NCBI GenBank assembly: GCA_000004695.1
Contig: CM000151.3
Location: forward strand, 832,001 to 896,000
Length of the DNA: 64,000 nt
From: Dictyostelium discoideum
Lineage: Eukaryota
Direction of reading: 5' to 3'
The position numbers were made by a program, and so were the translations under genes. The notes under the pieces are model-generated. The model did no database searches and was not told the origin of the DNA. It was given only the letters and a program-made list of their open reading frames with translations. This document shows, one piece after another, positions 55,621-64,000 of the stretch. The stretch's first letter is position 1, and the number at the start of each line of letters is the position of its first letter.

Positions 55621-55863
55621 TTTTTATTTTTATTATTATTATTATTTTTAACTTTATCCAAATCGACCATTGAGTCTATATCATTATCTTTTTCTCTATC
55701 TCTTTCTCTTGTTTTGTGATTTTTATCTTTTTTATCCTTTTCTTTTTCCTTCTCTTGATTACCTTTTTTATTCTTTTTTTTTTTCTTTTTATCGTTTTTT
55801 TCTTCAGATGATTCTTTGTTACTGTTATTGCTATTGTTTTTGTTGTTATTACTACTATTATTA

Positions 55864-55894
<31 letters not shown>

Positions 55895-56855
55895 GAGATG
55901 TTTTTTGTTTTTTTGATTTTCTTGAATAACTATCTTTTACTCTATAATCATTTTGATCATCATCATTGTAATCATCTGAACCATCTTGGTATTTACCAAA
56001 GTCCTTATTATTTTTATGATTATAATTGCTGTAATCATTATATGAATTATTATTATTGTAGTTATTATTATTATTATTATATCTATTATTTTTATTATAT
56101 TTTCCATCGAATCTATTATTTATATTTGTACTATTGTATCTATTACTATTATAATTGAATCTTTCATTTCTATCATATCTATGATAATCTTGATTATATT
56201 GACCATTATTATTACTATGGTCAATATCTTTTGGAAAACCATCTTTATCATATCTATCGTATCTATCATATCTATCATATCTATCATTTCTATCATATCT
56301 ATCATTTCTATCATATCTATTATTATTATTATAATTATCTCTATAACCATCATTATCTCTATCTCTTTCTCTATCTCTATCTCTTCCTCTATCTCTACCT
56401 CTATTTGAACGATCAGAATTTTTAACCTCTTTCTCTTTAAATCTCATACGTTGATGCATTCTACTATGTTTTTCCCTTAGTGAATGATCATCATCATATT
56501 CTCCATCATATAAATTACCTAATTCATGCTCTGACGAATCAATTTCATTGAAATACTTTTGATATTTTGGTAAACATTGCTTTTTTTTTTTTTTTTTTTT
56601 AATTGTTAGTAATTTTAAGTTGAATTAATTTGAATATTTTAATTTTGGAGAGAAAAAAAAAAAAAGCATTAAAATACCTACTCTTGGATAGTGACCATGT
56701 AAACCACATCTAAAACAAACGTAAACTGAACATGAAGCTATTTGATGTCCAAACTCACCACATCTAAAGCAAGGTTTCTCTTCTATATCATGTGGACATT
56801 CAAAACTAAAATGATCATGATCACCACATCTTTCACATTTGATAGACTCTTCCAT
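55242..56855 (-). CDS. CCHC zinc-knuckle protein with a long Arg/Asp/Tyr/Asn-rich tail (about 503 aa). Exons 56682..56855 and 55242..56579.
   Basis: Three CX2CX4HX4C knuckles: CERCGDHDHFSFEC, CFRCGEFGHQIASC and CFRCGLHGHYPR|QC. The third is completed only after splicing (GTAGGT donor, poly-A..AG acceptor, phase 0), which supports the junction. The tail has RDRGRDRDRERDRD and repeated RYDRNDRYD units. Confidence 0.65.
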
Positions 56856-56937
56856 ATAATATCTCTATAATTTTATTGTTATTATGTTTATTTTCCAAAT
56901 ATTAATATTATAATTATAATTAAATTTGTATATATAT

Positions 56938-57757
56938 CTATAATTTCAAGTTATACTTTACACTTGTTGTAACTGATTGTCTTTTTCTCTTATTATTATT
57001 ATTATTATCATTTCCGTATTTTACATTTATTTTTAAAGAATCTTCCTCTTTTTCAGTTGATTTTATAACAGAACTTGTTGATTGTCTTACACTATTAATG
57101 ATTTCTTCTTTTATTGTCTCTTTTTCCTCAAATTCACCTAAAGCAGCACGTAACATAAATATATCATCATCTTCAATATTCTCTTTTTCATCATACCCAA
57201 TGAATGATTTTAAAATATCCTCTGGCGTTTCAATAGGTTTTGCTTGTTCTAGTTCTTTATTTTCTTCTGCATTCTTATCTTTTTTATCTTTTTTATCTTT
57301 TTTATCTTTTTTTTCTTTTTTATCTTTTTCTTTTTTATCTTTTTTTTCTTTTTTATCTTTTTCTTTTTCTTTTTCTTTTTTATCTTTTTTATCTTTTTTA
57401 TCTTTTTTATCTTTTTTATCTTTTTTATCTTTAATTGTGTTATCTCTATTATTATTATTATTATTATTATTATTAGAAGAAGAAGAAGAAGAAGAAGAAG
57501 AAGAAGATAATTTTAAATTTTCTTGTTTTTGTTCTTTTTTTAATTTATTATATTCTTTTTCAAATTCTTCACTTTGCTCTTCTAAATCTATATAAATTGG
57601 TGTAATAGCACTTTTTGAGCTTTTTTCCTCCTCCTCCCCATCATCTGATAATATTACAATTGGTATCGATGGATTTATTGGAGGTTCTTTCAATGTTAAC
57701 TTTTTTCTCTTCAACTGAGGAAATCCATTCGTTTGTGTATCAATGGCTGTGGATTCC

Positions 57758-57759
<2 letters not shown>
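56938..57759 (-). CDS. Hypothetical Lys/Glu-rich protein (273 aa) with polyS, polyN and (DKK)n tracts.
   Basis: Single minus-strand ORF starting MESTAIDTQTNGFPQLKRKKLTLKEPP. Its stop lies only 83 bp upstream of the CCHC gene start. Confidence 0.5.
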
Positions 57760-57794
<35 letters not shown>

Positions 57795-58517
57795 TTTTAT
57801 AATATTTTATTAAGTATAAATTTATACATTTATTGATTTTTGATATAAGAGGAAAAAATGGTAATGATAATAATAAAGGAGAAAATAAAAATAAAAATAA
57901 AAATAAAAATAATATTAAAAAAAAAAATAAAAAAAAAATAAAATTAAAAAAATAAAAATAATTTTGATAAAAAAAACGAAAAAAAAACTTTGAAAATTTT
58001 TGAGAAAAAAAAAAAATAAAAATAAAAAATAAAGGGGGTGTCTGAACACAACTCTTTAAATTTAAAAAAAAAAATAATAAAATCTCTATATTTTATTTTT
58101 AATAATAATTTATTTTACTGCTGTGTTTATTTTTAATTTTAAAATATTTTGTTTTTATTTTTAATTATTATTTTTTTTTGTAAAAATGTATATTAAAAAA
58201 ATGATTAAGAAAAAAAAAAAAAATCAAAAAATCATAAAATAATGGTTTATTTAATAAATATATATATATATATTTAATTATATTAAATATCGTAAAATGA
58301 GATGAATGAACTTCTTTTTTTTTTATTTTATTTTTTTTTTTTATTTGTTTTTTTTTTTTTTAACGACAAAGAAAAAAAATGAAAATTTTCAATTTTTTTA
58401 TTTTTTTTTATTTTTTTTTTTTTTTATTTTTTTTTGTTTTTTTTTTTTTTTTTTTTTTTTTTTTTCATTTAAATCATATCATATTACTCCACAAATATAA
58501 TATTATAAATTTCGATA

Positions 58518-58966
58518 ATGCAAACCAGTGAATGTAAAGTTAAAGGTCCAATCCAAGAAGGTTGTGCCTCTGGATGTGAAAAAAGCTGGAGTGCCTACCA
58601 AGCATGTTCAGGTCGTGTTGCCAAATTAGAGCATGACGAAAAAGCAAACTGTTTAGGTCAATTTTTAGAACATGTTCAATGTATTGATAAATGTGTATGT
58701 ATTTTATATCCTTTTTTTTATTTTTTTTTGTTTTTTTTTTTTTTTAATTAAAAAAATTAAAAAACTTTATTTTTTCATTTTTTCTTTTAATTGTTTTGTT
58801 TTGCGTGTGTGTTTTTTTTATTTTTTATTTTTTTTTTTTTGTGTTTCGATTTGGTAAAAATGTTTTTATTTTATTTTTATTTTTATTTTATTTGGTTATT
58901 CAAATAATTAAATTCGTTTTGTAAAAACAAAAATAGAATTTCTTCATTTATGGTATTGTTACAGTT

Positions 58967-59013
<47 letters not shown>

Positions 59014-59041
59014 TTGCCACCATTGCCACCACTTAGTATCA

Positions 59042-59130
<89 letters not shown>

Positions 59131-59375
59131 TTTGATTATTATGAATAATGGTAGCAGCATTGTTTGTAGTATTATTACTACTAATTTTAAATTTAAATAA
59201 TGAAACTTTTAATAATATTATTGCAACAATTATTATAATATCAAAATAATGATCATAAGCAGAAAGATTATTGCTATCATCCATTTTATTTGTTTATTTA
59301 TTTTATATTTATATGATATTCAGATTTGTTATTTTTATTACTATAATAATTTAAATTTAAATTTTTAAATTATTT

Positions 59376-59412
<37 letters not shown>

Positions 59413-59898
59413 ATAAAATAAAATAAAATAATATAAAATAATAAAAAAAAATAAAATAATATAAAATAAAATAAAATAAATAAAAATTAAATTAAATTAA
59501 GGAAGATACATAAAAGACGATGATTAAAAATTGTGGATAAAAAATTATAATCAAAGGTTATAATATTTAAATCAAAAGTGTGTGTGTAAGCATGTACAAT
59601 AGTTGGTTAAAAGATATTATTGGTAGTTGATTGCTTGTTCCTTGTTGATATTATTATTATTTTTATTGTTATTGTTATTGCTATTTATTTTATTATTACT
59701 GTAGTTTTATTTTATTATTATATTATTATTATTTTTTTTTTTTATAATTTTTATTTTTTTTTTTTTATTTGTTTTTTATTTGTTTTTTTATTATTATAAT
59801 TTTTTAAACATTTTACTAATCATAACTTTACTTTTTCAATTACTTTTTTTTTTTTTTTTTTTTAGGTTGGACCAAAATTATTTGCTCAATTAAAGTAA
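58518..59898 (+). CDS. Cytochrome b-c1 complex hinge subunit (QCR6/UQCRH-like, about 69 aa). Exons 58518..58694 and 59866..59898.
   Basis: Exon 1 is MQTSECKVKGPIQEGCASGCEKSWSAYQACSGRVAKLEHDEKANCLGQFLEHVQCIDKC|GTATGT. The downstream mini-exon after TTTTTTTAG encodes VGPKLFAQLK*, reproducing the family C-terminus (human [27 protein letters not shown]). The implied intron is about 1.17 kb. Confidence 0.6.
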
Positions 59899-60601
59899 AA
59901 TATATGGCGAATATGTGAAAAATAGTAATAAAAAATAGTAATATAAAAAAAAAAAAAAAAAATTAATAGAGAAAATCCATTATAATAAAAATTTAAAAAA
60001 AAAAATATTTAAAATATATATAAACAAGTATTAGTTAAAGAAGACAACACAATCTCTTTCGTTTTTATTTTTATTATTTTTTTTATTTTTTTTTTATTCC
60101 CAATTTGTTTTTGTTATTTTTTTTTAAAATTTCTACTACAACAATAGTAACGATTAGTAGTAGTAGTGGTGGTAGTAGTGGTAGTGGTAGTAGTGGTAGT
60201 GGTAATATTGGTGGTAGTGGAATTGTTGTTGTGGATGTTAAAAAGGATGATTATGATGATGGTATATTAAATAGCAATACCATAACCACCACTACTTTCA
60301 ATTTTATCAATTCAATTAATATATTTTTTTTTATATCATTTAGTTTGTGTTTCTATGAAATTAATGTTGTGAACTTACAAAAAAAAAAAAAAAAAAAAAA
60401 AAAACATACCTCTATTGATTAGATATTATTATATTTTAGTAAAATAAAATAAAAAAAAAACACACCCACACTAATCAAAAACACATTATTTTTATTGTTT
60501 TTATTTTTATTATTTTTATTATCATTCTCAAATTGTGTACGAACACACTCACTCGTTCTTAAAATTTTCATAATAATAAATTACTTATTAATAATGTGAA
60601 C

Positions 60602-60718
<117 letters not shown>

Positions 60719-62448
60719 GACACTCGCTCTCATTTACCAATCATACATACACACTACCCACACTCACTTACTAACACAAATTCTTCTAGAATAATTATAA
60801 ATTTATAGATACACTAAATTTACCCAAAAATAGTATCTCAATAGAGTAGTGATATAATTTACAAGTTATTACACGTTTGGAGATGGTGGTATTATAGTTG
60901 TCAATATTAATTTTATAAAAAAAAAAAAAAAAAAAAAAAATCTACCACACCCTCCTAATTTACAAAGTGTGTTTAAAGTAGTTTGTATGTGAAGTATCGT
61001 TAAACAACAACACAATAAAATAAAATAAATAGAATCTATTTTTCAATAATTCTTTAGTTTTTTTTTTTTTTTTTATTGTTTTGTAAATTAAATATATTTT
61101 AGTGCTGATAAGTTTAGAAAAATAATAATTTAAATCTTGATTGAATTTTTATTTTATTATTATTATTTTATTTTATTATTTTTATTATTGTTGTTTTTGT
61201 TTTTGTTGTTGGTTTTTTTTTTTTTTGTTTTTTTTTTTTGTTATCAATTTGGTTGTAGTTTTTTTTTTTAATTAATTTAAAAATCCAAGTTTTATTTTGT
61301 TATTTTTGATTTATTAATTAAAGGGTGGCACAAGTTCAAAGTAATGGCAATTTTTAAAATAAAAAAAAAAAAAAAAAAAAAAAAACAAATAAATAAAAAT
61401 CTCATTTTTTGGCAACTAAATTAAAATATGGTTATTAATTAAATTTTAATAAAAAATAAAATTGATAATAAAATCCCAGAATCTCAATTTCAGGTGGCCT
61501 AATATCCCATCCATTTTTTATTTTTATTTTCATAATAATTTATATTTTTATTTTTTTTATTCACTTTTTTATTTAAGAATATGGTTAACTTATTTTATTC
61601 AAAAAAAAAAAAAAAATATAAAATAAAAAAAAAAAATATAAAATAAAAAAAAAAAAAATAAAAATAAAAAGAGTTGAAAAAAGTTAACTTTCTTCAGATT
61701 TTTTAAAAATAAAATTAATTTATTACAAAACAATGGAAATAGATTGAAGTTTTTTTTTTTTTTTTTAATTAATTAATTAATTTTTTAATTATAAAATTTG
61801 TTACCAGTAACTGATTACAATGGAAAGTTGAGTTATGTTAAATATTAACCATCTTTTTACTTTCTTAAATTAAAAATTGTCATTGACACTTTTTTTTTTT
61901 TTTTTTTTTTTTCTTTTTTTTTTTAATATGATATGATACATATAAATTTATATATTTATATATATTCTAAATTTAAGTAATATTAATAATAATAAGATTT
62001 AAATAATTAGTTTTTTGACGTAATAATTCGATAATATAATTCAAATATTTTTATAAATTAAATTTAAAATACAAACTATCTGTTAGTTTTGTAAACTGGA
62101 TTAATGGGTTAAGTTATTTTTTTTGAAAAAAAAATAAAAAAATAAAAATGTTTATAAAATTTGACCCCATGTTAGCATTTTTTTTTGATTTGTTTTTTTT
62201 ATTTTTTTTTTTTATTTTTTTATTTTTATCTTCAAGCAACCTATCTAATAATTAAAATTTTAATTTTATTTTTGATTTTTTTTCTTTTTTTTTTTTTCAA
62301 TTTAATTTTTTTTTTTACACATTCATATGATTCAGATACCATAAAAAGATAAAATTCACACCTTTCATTATCTTTTACAACAAGAAAAGACATTTTTTTT
62401 TAATTAATTTGATTAGATATTTTAAAAAAATTATTTTTTAAATTTTGG

Positions 62449-62480
<32 letters not shown>

Positions 62481-63182
62481 TTATTTTGAAAAAAAAATTA
62501 TTATTTAAAAAAGGCAAAAAAAAATGTGTTTAGAACAAAAAGGAAAATAAAAATAAAAAAAAAAAACCATTTCAAAAGGATTCACCACTCTTAATTTTTT
62601 ATTGTTTTTTTTTTTTTTTTTTTTTTTTCAAATTATTATTATAATTTAATTCATTAAAAAAAATAATTTAAATATATAAATTCAATTTTTTTTATTTTTT
62701 ATTTTTATTTTTTTTTATATTTATTTAACCCTATAATTATAAAAAAAAATTTTTAAAAAAATTAAAATAAATTTAATTAAATTAAAATAAAATTAAAATA
62801 AAAAAAAAAAAAAGTTGATTTTTTGTATATCCAATCATTATCAATTTTTATAAAAATTCAGATTTAATTTTTTATATTACTGCCCTCTCAACCCATACAC
62901 ACTCCTATTTTATTTTTTAAAAAAATCTTTAAAAATCGTTTTTCCTAACCCTTATCAATCCAAACAAGCACAATTTCATTAGTCTTTTTTATTTTTTTTT
63001 ATTTTTTTTTTTTTTTAATAATTTAATTTTTTATTTTTTTATTTTAAAACTATTTAAACTAAAAAAATAATAATAATAGTTTCATAATATTTACTATTTT
63101 TTTTTTTTATATTTATAATAATAATAAAATAATAATAATAATATTTATTTATTTATTTATTTAAATTGTACTACTAATTTTA

Positions 63183-63241
<59 letters not shown>

Positions 63242-63253
63242 TAAGATTACAAC

Positions 63254-64000
63254 ATGTATTTAATTCTATCATTAATAATATTTTTGGCATATGTTGCTGT
63301 GAGTATCTTTTTTTTTTTTTTTTTTAAACACTTTTTACAAAAAAAAAAAAAAAAAAAAATTTAAAATTTCAAAAAATCTAATTTTTAATTTTTTTATTTA
63401 TTAATTAAATAGTTTCATAAAAAAAGAACCAATGGTATGCCACCAGGACCATTTCCATTACCAATTATTGGAAATTTACATCAATTGGGTAAGTCACCCT
63501 ATAAATCATTGAAATCATTTTCAGACAAATATGGTGGTTTGACAACAATTTTCTTGGGTAGTGTTCCAACTGTATTAATTAGTGAACCAAATATTCTTAG
63601 AGAAATTATCATCAAAAATAATGATTCAATCATTGATAGATATATCTCTGATAGTGGTTTAATTATTGGTGGTGAAAGAAATCTTTTATTCTCAAAAGGT
63701 TCATTTTGGATCAAATATAGAAAGATCTTTTCATCTGCAATGACAAATGCTAGAAAATTCAATATTGCCTCAAGAATTGAACAACAAGCAATTAGTTTAA
63801 ATAATTATTTTGGTACTTATGCAAATTCTAAACAAGCTGTAAGTTTTATTATTAAATTATAATAACATAACATTATTATTATTTTATTTACTGTACCTAA
63901 CTTTTTATTTTTATTGTTTTTTTCAATAGATTAATCCACATGATTATATTAGAAGATATAGTTTAAATGGTGTAATTGATTATTCATTTAGTGATTCAGT
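63254..64000 (+). CDS. Cytochrome P450, 5' part (3'-truncated at the window edge). Exons 63254..63298, 63413..63838 and 63930..>64000.
   Basis: MYLILSLIIFLAYVA|GTGAGT, then TAAATAG|FHKKRTNGMPPGPFPLPIIGNLHQLGKSPYKSLKSFSDKYGGLTTIFLGSVPTVLISEP... The proline hinge PPGPxxxPxxGNL is typical of microsomal CYPs. GTAAGT donor after KQA and CAATAG acceptor. Confidence 0.75.

Noticed and set aside
59039-59284. ORF 59039..59284(-) with a hydrophobic segment and polyN, inside the bc1-hinge intron
   Set aside because: It has no family resemblance and is mostly (AAT)n-encoded polyN. Kept only as a note in the intron finding.
60105-60422. ORF 60105..60422(+), SSSSGGSSGSGSSGSG...
   Set aside because: It derives from a (GGTAGT)n simple repeat and has no start context or domain.

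Overview
The window is dictyostelid (Dictyostelium-like) nuclear DNA, not prokaryotic: about 75-80% A+T, long homopolymer A/T tracts in intergenic DNA, poly-Asn/poly-Gln codon runs inside genes, and short (80-115 bp) AT-rich GT..AG introns. No defence-island or operon logic applies, so the hunt below concentrates on repeat and duplication structure rather than on a bacterial system. I recognise about 30 protein-coding genes or relics. Positions 2-1093 are the 3' end of a DEAD-box RNA helicase. Positions 1.2-12.3 kb hold a striking array of nine small two-exon genes of the HssA/B-like (hssA/2C/7E) family, encoding 85-90 aa Gly/Ser-rich proteins that end in CGCH or CGCN. One copy is solo, and eight are arranged as four divergent head-to-head pairs. 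Each pair shares a bidirectional intergenic region built around a ~50-bp imperfect palindrome with GGGGG/CCCCC cores. The pairs are interleaved with a membrane-anchored short-chain dehydrogenase (SDR) gene that survives intact twice (3 exons each) and as decayed relics twice, which is a tandemly amplified higher-order unit. Downstream lie a secreted Dicty_CTDC Cys-repeat protein, a large signal-peptide plus multi-pass receptor-like protein, a tandem-duplicated unknown gene (one decayed copy, one intact), a low-complexity RE/RD-, polyN- and polyQ-rich protein, and an RRP15 homologue. Next come a UBE2G/Ubc7-type E2, a 4-exon ~1600-aa U-box + macro + WWE + PARP-catalytic protein with a chimeric pseudo-copy beside it, and a PRKRIP1-like gene. 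Further on are lipin, an IGHMBP2-type helicase, a NUS1/Nogo-B-receptor homologue, a RapGAP protein, a CCHC zinc-knuckle RD-rich protein, a Lys-rich unknown, a cytochrome bc1 hinge subunit with an unusually long intron, and the 5' end of a cytochrome P450. All coordinates were derived by hand from the sequence, and splice sites were chosen by reading-frame continuity and GT/AG signals. All family assignments are from remembered motifs, not database searches.
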